The notes under the pieces: generated by a model
Database searches by the model: none
What the model saw: only the letters and a program-made list of their open reading frames with translations
Told to the model about the DNA's origin: nothing
NCBI GenBank assembly: GCA_003056145.1
Contig: LSNL01000003.1
Location: 137,993 to 201,992 of the forward strand
Length of the DNA: 64,000 nucleotides
Reading direction: 5' to 3'
Source of the DNA: Parcubacteria group bacterium M10-OD1-1
GTDB taxonomy: Bacteria > Patescibacteriota > Minisyncoccia > Moranbacterales > UBA2206
Program-made: the position numbers and the translations under genes
Shown: positions 1-8,734 of the stretch, piece after piece
Layout of the letters: every line of letters begins with the position of its first letter
Numbering within the stretch: the first letter of the stretch is position 1

Positions 1-2
1 TA

Positions 3-143
3 ACTGATATTACGAAAATGGTTGAACTAGGTGCTATGAGTAGCCCAGTTTTTGCTATTAATAATAAAATAATTACGGCTGGTAGAATTCCAAATGAAGA
101 AGAAATTAAATCAGCAATTGAAGAAAATAGTAGCAATAATTAA
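3..143 (+). CDS. thioredoxin-fold 'redox-active disulfide protein 2'-like protein, C-terminal fragment (5' end outside window)
   Basis: Frame-3 translation ...TDITKMVELGAMSSPVFAINNKIITAGRIPNEEEIKSAIEENSSNN* matches the C-terminal pattern of small thioredoxin-family proteins that are often encoded next to ArsP/DUF318 permeases. Confidence 0.5.
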   Translation, partial: TDITKMVELGAMSSPVFAINNKIITAGRIPNEEEIKSAIEENSSNN

Positions 144-267
144 ATCTAAAAAATATGGAAAAATATACTGGGCGATGTTATGGAAAAAAGGATGAAAATT
201 TTAATGTTTAAGGTTGGATTTTTTGTAAAAAAATAGCTTTAATTTTAATCAATTAAAAAAGCGAAAG

Positions 268-531
268 ATGAAAAGAAAAGAAGCAGGAAAAAATGAACTA
301 ACTTTGTTTGATCTAAGAATAGGACGAGAAGGGATTGTTGGAGAAATTTTAGCTCCTTATTTCATTAAAGAAAGACTGCATCATTTGGGTATCATTAGTG
401 GTATCATGATTACTCCAATTGAAGCTACTCCTTTAGGTTCTCCCAGGGTTTACCTATATTTACATACTCAAATTGCGATTAGAAATGATTTAGCTAGAAA
501 AATTAGAATAAAGTATGTTGATAAAAACTAA
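268..531 (+). CDS. feoA: ferrous iron transport protein A (FeoA)
   Basis: 87 aa with an SH3-like FeoA motif (LTLFDLRIGREGIVGEI); sits upstream of feoB. Confidence 0.7.
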   Translation: MKRKEAGKNELTLFDLRIGREGIVGEILAPYFIKERLHHLGIISGIMITPIEATPLGSPRVYLYLHTQIAIRNDLARKIRIKYVDKN

Positions 532-587
532 AATTCTAAGAATGCTTTAATAGAAAGAATTAATAGCTGAAATAAAAAAGATTAATC

Positions 588-1019
588 TTGAACAAAATAA
601 AAATAATGAAAGTTAAAAAAGCAATTCGGAAAAGTTTAAATAGCTTAAAAACAATGGTGCCAATTTTAATTGGAATTTTATTATTAGTAAATTTAATTAC
701 TGTTGCATTTAGTGATAGTTATTCAAAGTTATTTACAGGAAATTATATTAGAGATTCTTTTATTGGTGCGTTGGCAGGAAGTGTTTCTTTCGGAATTCCC
801 GTAACTAGTTATATTATTGGAGGGGAACTATTAAAGGATGGTGTTAGTTTATTAGCGGTTACAGCTTTTATTTTAGCTTGGTCAACAGTTGGATTCGCAA
901 TGTTACCACTAGAGATATCTTTTTTAGGAAAAAAATTTGCTATCGTTCGTAATATTATCAATTTTATTTTTTCGATTATAATTGCAAGTATAGTAGTTTT
1001 AATTTTAAAAATAGTCTAG
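588..1019 (+). CDS. integral membrane protein (possible N-terminal half of a split DUF318-like permease)
   Basis: 143 aa with several hydrophobic segments; adjacent to a second membrane ORF whose sequence resembles the C-terminal half of the 3400..4371 permease. Confidence 0.4.
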   Translation: MNKIKIMKVKKAIRKSLNSLKTMVPILIGILLLVNLITVAFSDSYSKLFTGNYIRDSFIGALAGSVSFGIPVTSYIIGGELLKDGVSLLAVTAFILAWSTVGFAMLPLEISFLGKKFAIVRNIINFIFSIIIASIVVLILKIV

Positions 1020-1030
1020 GTTTTAAAAAT

Positions 1031-1552
1031 ATGTTAAATAAACTACAATTGAAAAAAATTCCAGGAACAGTTAAATTTTTAATTGGTGTGCTTTTTATTT
1101 ATGGTTTGATATTTTTTATTAATAAATCCTTGATTATTTCTGGAATTGAAAAAACTTACTGGATGCTTCTTAAGATTGTTCCCTTGTTGATATTTGTTTT
1201 GGTGATTATGATAATAGTAAATCTATACGTTGATTCTGGAAAAATTAAAAAACATTTAGGGAAGGAATCTGGTTTTAGGGGGTGGATTTATGCTATAATA
1301 ATAGGAATTTTAATTTCTGGACCACCATATATTCTTTATCCAATGCTAAAAGAATTTAAAGAAAATGGTATGAAGAATAGTTTATTGGCAGTGTTTTTAT
1401 ATAATAGAAATGTAAAAATTGCTTTTATCCCTGTGATGATTTATTATTTTGGATTGAAATTTACTATAATAATATCACTAGCTATAATCTTATTCTCTAT
1501 TTTAAATGGTTTATTGATTGGATTTTTTGTAAAAGATGAATCACTTATATAG
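1031..1552 (+). CDS. integral membrane protein (possible C-terminal half of a split DUF318-like permease)
   Basis: 173 aa. The segment ISGPPYILYPMLKEF...AFIPVMIYYFG resembles ASGVIPIVQSLVTKG...AIVGISLPEAL in the 3400..4371 permease. Confidence 0.4.
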   Translation: MLNKLQLKKIPGTVKFLIGVLFIYGLIFFINKSLIISGIEKTYWMLLKIVPLLIFVLVIMIIVNLYVDSGKIKKHLGKESGFRGWIYAIIIGILISGPPYILYPMLKEFKENGMKNSLLAVFLYNRNVKIAFIPVMIYYFGLKFTIIISLAIILFSILNGLLIGFFVKDESLI

Positions 1553-1588
1553 ATTAATGATTTTTTAAATGAGTTTAAATTAGAAAAT

Positions 1589-3385
1589 ATGTTTAAAGAT
1601 ATGCACATTGCTTTAATGGGCAATCCCAATTCTGGTAAAACCTCCTTGTTAAATTCTTTAGCAGGGCTAAAATTACATGTGGGAAATTGGCCGGGGAAAA
1701 CTGTTGAACGTAAAGAAGCTAAAATTAATTTTGCAGGTCAAGAATTAAAAATTACTGATTTGCCAGGAACTTATAGCTTGTCGTCTTTTAGTGAGGAGGA
1801 AAAAATAGCTGGTAATTTTATTATTAAAAATAATCCTGAAGTTATTATTCAAATTGCAGATGTAAATTCATTAGAAAAGAGTTTGTTTTTATTTTTTGAG
1901 ATTTTAGCTTTAGGAAAAAAAGTTGTTTTAGCTTTTAATTTTAATAAAGAAAGTAAAGCTAAAGGCATAAAAATAAAAATTAGAAAGTTGGAAGAAATTC
2001 TAGGAGTGCCAATAGTAAAAATTGAAGCTAATACTGGAGAAAATAAAGGAGTTCTTTTAAAAACTGTTATTCATACTCAGAAAAATAAATTTCAAGAACC
2101 AACTTATTTAAAGGAGTTACTAAATAAAGATCAAAAAATTAGTCATAGTCGGGCAATGAAGTTTATCAAAAAAAATGTTTATCCTGCTTATAAAAATAAA
2201 AATAAAAATCAGAAATCAAAAAAAATTGATAGAATTATTTTAAATAAATTTACTGCTTTTCCTATCTTTTTAGCTTCAATGTTTCTTCTATTTCAGATAA
2301 CTTTCGTTGTTTCTACTCCAATAACTAAAGGAATAGGGTGGGTAGTTAGTTTTTTCTCTCATTTAATTACTAATAATTTTTCTGGTTGGCTAGCTTCTTT
2401 TTTTTCACAAGGAGTTTTAGGCGGTATGGGTTCGGTCTTATCTTTTGTTCCCTTAATCTTTATTTTATTTTTCTTAATTGCAATTATTGAAGACTCTGGT
2501 TACTTAGCGAGAATAATTGTTTTATTGGATAGGCTTTTTGCTAAACTGGGTGTTTCTGGGCGTTCGTTCATTCCGATGATTTTAGGTTTCGGCTGTAATG
2601 TCCCAGCTATTTTAGCTACTAGAACAATTAAAAATAGAAGAGAAAGAATGATTGCTATTTTCATCAATCCTTTTATATCTTGCTCAGCACGATTAGCTGT
2701 TTATGTTTTATTCACTGCTATTTTCTTTCCAGGAAAAGAAATATACGTTATTATGTTTCTTTATTTACTAGGAGTTGTAACTGCTTTAATGGCTACCTTA
2801 ATACTTTCTAAATTAGTTCCTGATAAGAAAGAAGAAGTTTTAATTATTGAATTACCACCATACAGAAGACCAACTCTAAAAAATGTTTTCAATCGTGCTT
2901 GGTGGCAAACGAGTTTATTCATCAAAAAGGCGGGAACGATTATTTTTCTAGCTATTATAGTAGTTTGGTTATTAGCTAGTTTACCACCAGGTACTCATTA
3001 TGGCTCTGTCGGCAGTTGGTTGGGAACAATTGGACAATGGGTCGCTCCTATTTTTAAGCCTCTTGGTTTTGGTAATTGGGTTTTTGCAGTGGCGCTTATT
3101 TTTGGATTGGTGGCCAAAGAAGCAATTATTGGAGCCTTAGGTACATTGACAGGAGCTGGTGGCGTAGGTTTGTTAGTAACCTTACCTCATTTGATATCTC
3201 CTTTGGGGGCCTTATCTTTTCTAGTTTTTGTTTCACTCTATATGCCTTGTTTGGCAACGATTGGAGCAATTAAATCGGAAACTAATCAATGGCGTTTTAT
3301 TATTGGACAAACTATAACGACAATTATAGTCGCTTGGCTTTTTGCTGGGGTAGTTTTTTATGTCGGTAAATTCTTAATGGGTTAA
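1589..3385 (+). CDS. feoB: ferrous iron transport protein B (FeoB), G-domain plus membrane domain
   Basis: N-terminal P-loop MGNPNSGKTSLLNSLAG and DLPGTYSL G-motifs, followed by a polytopic membrane domain; 598 aa. Confidence 0.9.
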   Translation: MFKDMHIALMGNPNSGKTSLLNSLAGLKLHVGNWPGKTVERKEAKINFAGQELKITDLPGTYSLSSFSEEEKIAGNFIIKNNPEVIIQIADVNSLEKSLFLFFEILALGKKVVLAFNFNKESKAKGIKIKIRKLEEILGVPIVKIEANTGENKGVLLKTVIHTQKNKFQEPTYLKELLNKDQKISHSRAMKFIKKNVYPAYKNKNKNQKSKKIDRIILNKFTAFPIFLASMFLLFQITFVVSTPITKGIGWVVSFFSHLITNNFSGWLASFFSQGVLGGMGSVLSFVPLIFILFFLIAIIEDSGYLARIIVLLDRLFAKLGVSGRSFIPMILGFGCNVPAILATRTIKNRRERMIAIFINPFISCSARLAVYVLFTAIFFPGKEIYVIMFLYLLGVVTALMATLILSKLVPDKKEEVLIIELPPYRRPTLKNVFNRAWWQTSLFIKKAGTIIFLAIIVVWLLASLPPGTHYGSVGSWLGTIGQWVAPIFKPLGFGNWVFAVALIFGLVAKEAIIGALGTLTGAGGVGLLVTLPHLISPLGALSFLVFVSLYMPCLATIGAIKSETNQWRFIIGQTITTIIVAWLFAGVVFYVGKFLMG

Positions 3386-3399
3386 TTTTTTAAAATTTT

Positions 3400-4371
3400 A
3401 TGCATATCTTTTATCCTTTCCAATGGTTGGCAGACTGGCTGACCTTTAAATTGTTGGCTTTAAATGTAGGCTCACATTTAGCGAATTCGGTTCAGTTTTT
3501 CTTTTTTGATTCTTTTAAAATTTTAGCTTTGATTGTGGTCATTACGCATTTAATGAGTTGGTTACGCTATTATTTGCCAATTGAAAAATTGCGAGATTTT
3601 TTGACCAAACATAAATTTTACGGGTTAGATTATTTCTTGGCAACTGTTTTTGGAGCTGTTACGCCTTTTTGTTCTTGTTCATCTATTCCACTTTTCATCG
3701 GTTTTATCGAAGCTGAAATTCCTTTAGGTGTAACTTTTTCTTTCTTAATTACTTCGCCTTTAGTTAATGAAGTAGCGTTAGCTTTATTCATTGGAATGTT
3801 TGGTCTCAAAATTACGGTCATTTATGTTTTGGCTGGGATAATTATTGGAATGGTTGGTGGTTTCGTGATTGGGAAGTTACATTTAGAAAAATATGTAGAA
3901 GATTTTGTTTGGAAAATGAAAAGTCAAAAACAAAATCCAGAAGCTAAAAAACTTTCTAGAATAAAAGTTTTTAAAATAATTTCCAACGAAGCTTTTGATA
4001 TTACTAAAAAAATATCTTTGTACGTTTTGGCAGGAGTTGGATTAGGGGCATTTATTCATGGTTATGTCCCGCAAGGATTTTTTGGAAAATATTTGCAAAA
4101 AGCTGGTTGGTGGGGAGTGCCATTAGCAGTTATTTTAGCCGTACCGTTGTATTCAAACGCCAGTGGGGTTATTCCTATTGTTCAGTCCTTAGTAACGAAA
4201 GGAGTACCGATTGGAACAGCTTTGGCTTTAATGATGGCGATTGTCGGTATTTCTTTACCAGAGGCTTTGATTTTAAAAAAGGTTATTAAATGGCAATTAC
4301 TAGCTATCTTTTTTGGGATAGTTACGCTAGGTATAATTATTATTGGATATCTATTTAATATATTTTTGTAA
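3400..4371 (+). CDS. DUF318/ArsP-family permease
   Basis: 323-aa polytopic membrane protein with the hallmark TPFCSCSSIPLF cysteine motif of 'predicted permease' PF03773. Confidence 0.65.
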   Translation: MHIFYPFQWLADWLTFKLLALNVGSHLANSVQFFFFDSFKILALIVVITHLMSWLRYYLPIEKLRDFLTKHKFYGLDYFLATVFGAVTPFCSCSSIPLFIGFIEAEIPLGVTFSFLITSPLVNEVALALFIGMFGLKITVIYVLAGIIIGMVGGFVIGKLHLEKYVEDFVWKMKSQKQNPEAKKLSRIKVFKIISNEAFDITKKISLYVLAGVGLGAFIHGYVPQGFFGKYLQKAGWWGVPLAVILAVPLYSNASGVIPIVQSLVTKGVPIGTALALMMAIVGISLPEALILKKVIKWQLLAIFFGIVTLGIIIIGYLFNIFL

Positions 4372-4544
4372 TTAAATGATTGAAATTTGATGATATTATT
4401 TTGTAATGTATTATAATAACAATGGAGTTGAGTTAATAGCACTGGACAATATTTTAATCTTTGCTATAATAGAATTCAGTTTTTGAGTAGAAACAGTATT
4501 CATTAAAAATGAGTAAAATTTGAGAATAGAATTAAAATTTAGTT

Positions 4545-4617
4545 GGGCCCTTAGCTTAGTTGGTAGAGCGCCTCGTTTGCACCGAGGAGGTCAGGAGTTC
4601 GAGTCCCCTAGGGTCCA
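4545..4617 (+). tRNA. tRNA-Ala (anticodon TGC)
   Basis: Cloverleaf GGGCCCT...AGGGTCCA; anticodon loop TTTGCAC; G3:U70 alanine identity pair; T-arm GGTTCGAGTCC. Confidence 0.85.
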
Positions 4618-4655
4618 CAAAAAATAGAATAGATAAAATAGCATCTCAAATATTT

Positions 4656-4729
4656 CGGGCGATTAGCTCAGTTGGTTAGAGCGCATCACTGATAATGATG
4701 AGGTCCCAGGTTCGAGTCCCGGATCGCCC
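4656..4729 (+). tRNA. tRNA-Ile (anticodon GAT)
   Basis: Cloverleaf GGGCGAT...ATCGCCCA; anticodon loop CTGATAA; T-arm GGTTCGAGTCC. Confidence 0.85.
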
Positions 4730-4753
4730 ACTAGGATGAGAAAAGGTTTTTTA

Positions 4754-4780
4754 TTGACAAAAAATTATAATTGCTATAAT
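4754..4780 (+). promoter_or_regulatory. sigma70-like promoter for the secE-nusG-rplK-rplA operon
   Basis: TTGACA, 15-nt spacer, TGcTATAAT (extended -10) about 75 nt upstream of secE. Confidence 0.5.
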
Positions 4781-4856
4781 ATAAAGATGACCAAAAAGAG
4801 CCCGAGAGGGCTTTTAAAAAAGCCTTAAAAATAGATTTAAGATTTTAAAAAACAAT

Positions 4857-5042
4857 ATGAATGTTGTTACTAAGTTTATTAAAGAAGCTCAAGATGAGCT
4901 GAGAAAAGTTAATTGGCCATCTCGTGAGCAAGCTATAAATTATACATTGATAGTTATTGGGGTGAGTATTGCAGTAGCTTTATTTTTGGGTGGATTAGAC
5001 TATTTTTTTGAAGGCTTATTAAAAACATTTATAATAAAATAA
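4857..5042 (+). CDS. secE: preprotein translocase subunit SecE
   Basis: 61 aa with a single C-terminal TM helix; conserved position immediately upstream of nusG. Confidence 0.85.
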   Translation: MNVVTKFIKEAQDELRKVNWPSREQAINYTLIVIGVSIAVALFLGGLDYFFEGLLKTFIIK

Positions 5043-5043
5043 T

Positions 5044-5589
5044 ATGGCAAAGCAAACACAACATCATGGAAGAGCCTGGTATGTTCTTCATACTTATTCT
5101 GGCTATGAAGACAATGTGGCAAGAAACCTAAAGCAAAGAATTGAATCTATGGATATGCAAGATTTAATTTTTGATGTAATGGTTCCAATTGAAAAAAAAA
5201 TCAAAATTAAAAGTGGAAAAAGAACAGTAGTAGAAGAAAGAATTTATCCAGGTTATGTTTTAGTAGATATGATAGTTACTGATGCTTCTTGGTATGTCGT
5301 AAGAAATACTCCAAATGTGACTGGATTTATCGGCTTAGGAACAACTCCAACTCCTGTAGATCCTTTGGAAATTGAAACTTTAAAGAAGAGAATGGGAGTA
5401 GCAGAGCCTAAATATAAAATTGATGTTAAAAATGGTGATTCAGTTAAAATTATTGACGGTCCCTTCAAAGAATTTGATGGAAAGATTGACGAAATAGATG
5501 AAGAGAAAGGGAGAGTAAAGGTTCTAGTTTCAATCTTTGGAAGAGAAACTCCAGTAGAATTAGATTTCTTACAAATTAATAAATTATAA
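5044..5589 (+). CDS. nusG: transcription termination/antitermination factor NusG
   Basis: NGN domain (WYVLHTYSGYE) followed by a KOW motif; secE-nusG-rplK-rplA synteny. Confidence 0.9.
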   Translation: MAKQTQHHGRAWYVLHTYSGYEDNVARNLKQRIESMDMQDLIFDVMVPIEKKIKIKSGKRTVVEERIYPGYVLVDMIVTDASWYVVRNTPNVTGFIGLGTTPTPVDPLEIETLKKRMGVAEPKYKIDVKNGDSVKIIDGPFKEFDGKIDEIDEEKGRVKVLVSIFGRETPVELDFLQINKL

Positions 5590-5648
5590 ATATTTATATT
5601 TTACAATCTTTATCAGTTAGAAAATTGTAAAATTAGCAGATAAAATAT

Positions 5649-6074
5649 ATGGCTAAAAAAATTAAAACAATTATTAAATTGCAAATTCCAGCTGGAAAAG
5701 CTAATCCAGCTCCTCCTGTTGGACCAGCTTTGGGTCAACATGGTTTAAATATTCAAGAATTTTGCACTAGATTTAATGATGCAACGAAAGATAAAATGGG
5801 TGATATTATCCCAGCAGAAATTACAGTTTTTGAAGATAGATCTTTTGATTTTATCCTAAAAACTCCTCCTGCTTCGGATTTATTAAAAAAAGCAGCGGGA
5901 GTAACTAAAGGAGCAGGAAATCCTTTGAAAGATAAAGTGGGTAAAATTACTAAAGGACAATTAAAAGAAATTGCTAAAAAGAAAATGCCTGATATCAATG
6001 CTAATGATATTGAAGCAGCTATGAAAATTGTTTGTGGAACGGCTAAATCAATGGGAATAAAAATAGAAGAATAA
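5649..6074 (+). CDS. rplK: 50S ribosomal protein L11
   Basis: [35 protein letters not shown] is a canonical L11 N-terminus. Confidence 0.95.
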   Translation: MAKKIKTIIKLQIPAGKANPAPPVGPALGQHGLNIQEFCTRFNDATKDKMGDIIPAEITVFEDRSFDFILKTPPASDLLKKAAGVTKGAGNPLKDKVGKITKGQLKEIAKKKMPDINANDIEAAMKIVCGTAKSMGIKIEE

Positions 6075-6133
6075 ATAATTTTTTAAATTAATTAAGTGGA
6101 AGACTTCGGTCGTTATTACCACTAAAAAAATAT

Positions 6134-6823
6134 ATGAAACATGGTAAAAAATATAGAACAGTAGCTGAGAAAGTTAATCTTGATAAGATTTATGATTTAG
6201 AAGAAGCAATAAAGCTAATCAAAGAAAATAAAATTGCTAAATTTGACGAGACAGTAGAGGTCCATATTAAATCTAATATCAACCCTAAAAAAGGTGATCA
6301 GCAATTAAGAGGAACAGTTTCTCTTCCTTATGGAACTGGTAAAACGAAAAAAATTGCAGTTATTACTACTACCCATACAAAAGAAGCCAAAGAGTCAGGA
6401 GCAGATATCATTGGGGGAGAAGAAATAGTTGAAAAAATTAAAAATGGTAAATTTTTTGAAGATAAAATTCCAGTAGATGTCTTAGTTGCCACTCCAGAAA
6501 TGATGTCAAAGTTAGCTTCAGTGGCTAAAATTATTGGTCCTAAAGGTTTAATGCCAAGTCCGAAAGCTGAAACGGTTACAACTAAAATTAAAGAAACTGT
6601 TGAAGCTTTAAAAAAAGGAAAAGCTGCTTTTAAAAATGATAATTCTGGTAATGTCCATCAGGCAGTCGGAAAAATTTCTTTTTCAGAGGAAAAGTTAATA
6701 GAAAATATTAAAATTTTTGTAGAAGGAATTGAAAAAGCTAAGCCAGAATCATTGAAAGGAAAATTAATTGCTAATATTAGTATTTGTTCTACAATGGGAG
6801 TAGGAATTAAAATTAAATTATAA
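6134..6823 (+). CDS. rplA: 50S ribosomal protein L1
   Basis: 229 aa; L1 signature region with operon synteny. Confidence 0.9.
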   Translation: MKHGKKYRTVAEKVNLDKIYDLEEAIKLIKENKIAKFDETVEVHIKSNINPKKGDQQLRGTVSLPYGTGKTKKIAVITTTHTKEAKESGADIIGGEEIVEKIKNGKFFEDKIPVDVLVATPEMMSKLASVAKIIGPKGLMPSPKAETVTTKIKETVEALKKGKAAFKNDNSGNVHQAVGKISFSEEKLIENIKIFVEGIEKAKPESLKGKLIANISICSTMGVGIKIKL

Positions 6824-6845
6824 AAAACTTTAGTTTATATCTATA

Positions 6846-6877
6846 AAAATCTGTCGTAAGGCAGATTTTTTATTTTG
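6846..6877 (+). terminator. rho-independent terminator after rplA
   Basis: AAAATCTGtc-GTAA-ggCAGATTTTTTATTTT: stem closed by a GNRA tetraloop, followed by a T-run. Confidence 0.6.
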
Positions 6878-6883
6878 AGTTGA

Positions 6884-6912
6884 CGAGAATTAAGAGAGTT
6901 GGTAAAATAAAC
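6884..6912 (+). promoter_or_regulatory. sigma70-like promoter upstream of the first dNMP-kinase-like gene
   Basis: TTGACG, 17-nt spacer, TAAAAT. Confidence 0.35.
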
Positions 6913-6944
6913 TGGTGATTAAAAAATTAAAACTTACTTAAAAA

Positions 6945-7523
6945 ATGAATAATAATAAAATTGTTATTGGTTTAATTGGTGAAAAAGGCGCTGGGAAAGG
7001 GACGGTGGCTAATTATCTAATTGAAAAATATAAAGCTGTCCATTATGGAACTTCAAAAATTTTAAGAAGGACCTTGGAAGATTTGCATGTTCCAATTACA
7101 AGAGATAATTTAGTTAAACTAGCTTTGGTTTTAAAAGAAGGATATGGCCCATCTATTATTATTGATTCTTTAATTCAGGATATGGAAAAAAATGGATCAG
7201 ATATCATCATTGCAGATGGGATTAGGATGCATGGAGATGTAGAACCATTTCGTAAAAAATATGGAAAAAATTTTTATTTAGTCTATGTAACGGCTAATTT
7301 AAAGCTTCGTTATGAAAGAACAAAGATAAGAAAGCAAAATGCTGGCGAAGAAAAAGCTACTTTAGAAGAATTTTTAGAAGAAGAAGGAAAATTGACAGAA
7401 GTTTCTATTCATGAAATTGGTCGGGGGGCCGAATTTAAACTTAATAATAATCACACAGAAAAAGACCTTATTCAACAAACCAATGAAATAATGAAACAGT
7501 TAGGTAAACAAGTAAAAATTTAA
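6945..7523 (+). CDS. P-loop deoxynucleoside-monophosphate kinase-like protein (T4 gp1-like), paralog 1
   Basis: N-terminal IVIGLIGEKGAGKGTVANYL P-loop. It is about 190 aa and paralogous to 8162..8719. The pattern resembles phage dNMP kinase (GxxRSGKDT-like). Confidence 0.45.
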   Translation: MNNNKIVIGLIGEKGAGKGTVANYLIEKYKAVHYGTSKILRRTLEDLHVPITRDNLVKLALVLKEGYGPSIIIDSLIQDMEKNGSDIIIADGIRMHGDVEPFRKKYGKNFYLVYVTANLKLRYERTKIRKQNAGEEKATLEEFLEEEGKLTEVSIHEIGRGAEFKLNNNHTEKDLIQQTNEIMKQLGKQVKI

Positions 7524-7536
7524 GAAAAAAGAGTCT

Positions 7537-7565
7537 AAAACACCTAAGAAGGTGTTTTATAAAAT
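7537..7565 (+). terminator. rho-independent terminator
   Basis: AAAACACC-taagaa-GGTGTTTT followed by TATAAAA. Confidence 0.55.
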
Positions 7566-7593
7566 TGACTAAAAAAGATAGAAAAACTATAAT
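7565..7593 (+). promoter_or_regulatory. sigma70-like promoter for the dCMP deaminase/thyX-like/tmk/mazG/gatB gene string
   Basis: TTGACT, 17-nt spacer, TATAAT; consensus-quality. Confidence 0.55.
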
Positions 7594-7657
7594 TAAAAAA
7601 AGAAGACTTAATTAATTCAAAAAATGTTTCTGAAAGGGGGTAGAGATTATAAAAAAT

Positions 7658-8140
7658 ATGAAGAATAATAGACCGTCTTGGGATGAATATTTTCTAGAGT
7701 TAGTAGAATTAGTAGGAAAACGATCTACTTGTGATCGAGGTAAATCCGGATGTGTTATCACTAAGGATAATAGAATTTTATCTACGGGTTATATTGGTTC
7801 TCCAGCAGGAGCAAAACATTGTGATGAAGCTGGACATGAGATGCATGAAGTTATTAATATAGACGGAACTCATACTAAACATTGTATTAGAACAACTCAT
7901 GCAGAGCAAAATGCTATTAGCACAGCGGCTCGTTTTGGCGTAGCTTTAGAAGGAAGCACTCTTTATTGTCATATGACGCCTTGTTATGTATGTGCTAAAA
8001 TAATTATTAACGCTGGAATTAAGAGAGTTGTTTGCAATAAAGATTATCATGCTGGAAAAAGAAGTAAGGAATTATTTCAAGAGTGTAAAATAAAATATGA
8101 ATTAGTTAATAATGAAGTAGAAACATACGAAAATATGTAA
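7658..8140 (+). CDS. dCMP deaminase (ComEB/deoxycytidylate deaminase family)
   Basis: Zinc-binding motifs HAEQNAI and PCYVCAKIIINAGI (H-A-E ... P-C-x-x-C). Confidence 0.85.
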   Translation: MKNNRPSWDEYFLELVELVGKRSTCDRGKSGCVITKDNRILSTGYIGSPAGAKHCDEAGHEMHEVINIDGTHTKHCIRTTHAEQNAISTAARFGVALEGSTLYCHMTPCYVCAKIIINAGIKRVVCNKDYHAGKRSKELFQECKIKYELVNNEVETYENM

Positions 8141-8161
8141 AGTTTTTAGTTAATAATTATT

Positions 8162-8719
8162 ATGATGAATAGAATTATTTTAGGTTTAGCGGGAGAAATA
8201 GCGAGTGGCAAAGGAACAGTTGCTCAATATATCATTGATAATTATCAAGGGAAGTCATATCGGTTTTCAACTGTTTTACGGGACATTACTAAACGAATGC
8301 ATCTTGAAGAAAGTAGAGAAAATTTACAAAAAATATCTACTATTTTTCGTCAAAATTTTTTTGATGATATTTTATCCTCAGTAGTTGCTCAAGATATAAA
8401 AAATGATGATTGTAAAACTATCGCTGTGGACGGAGTAAGAAGAATTGCTGACATTAAATATCTAAAACAATTTCCTAATTTTAAGTTAGTTTATATTGAT
8501 ACTGAAATAGAAATAAGGTATCACAGGATAACTAAAAGAGGAGAAAATACTGATGATAACAAAAAAACTTTTAGTCAGTTTCAAAAAGATCATCAACGAG
8601 AAGCTGAGTTACAAATTAAAAAACTTATAAATAAAGCGGATTTTGTTATAAACAATAATGGGAATTTTAAATCTCTTTATCAGCAAGTAGATGAAATAAT
8701 TAAAAAACTGACTAAATAA
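8162..8719 (+). CDS. P-loop deoxynucleoside-monophosphate kinase-like protein (T4 gp1-like), paralog 2
   Basis: IILGLAGEIASGKGTVAQYI P-loop; same architecture as 6945..7523. Confidence 0.45.
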   Translation: MMNRIILGLAGEIASGKGTVAQYIIDNYQGKSYRFSTVLRDITKRMHLEESRENLQKISTIFRQNFFDDILSSVVAQDIKNDDCKTIAVDGVRRIADIKYLKQFPNFKLVYIDTEIEIRYHRITKRGENTDDNKKTFSQFQKDHQREAELQIKKLINKADFVINNNGNFKSLYQQVDEIIKKLTK

Positions 8720-8734
8720 ATTTAAATTAAATAT

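Noticed and set aside
4372-4544. rRNA gene fragment upstream of tRNA-Ala and tRNA-Ile
   Set aside because: The sequence is AT-rich non-coding with promoter-like elements. There is no similarity to the 16S 3' end (no CCTCC anti-SD context or conserved helices).
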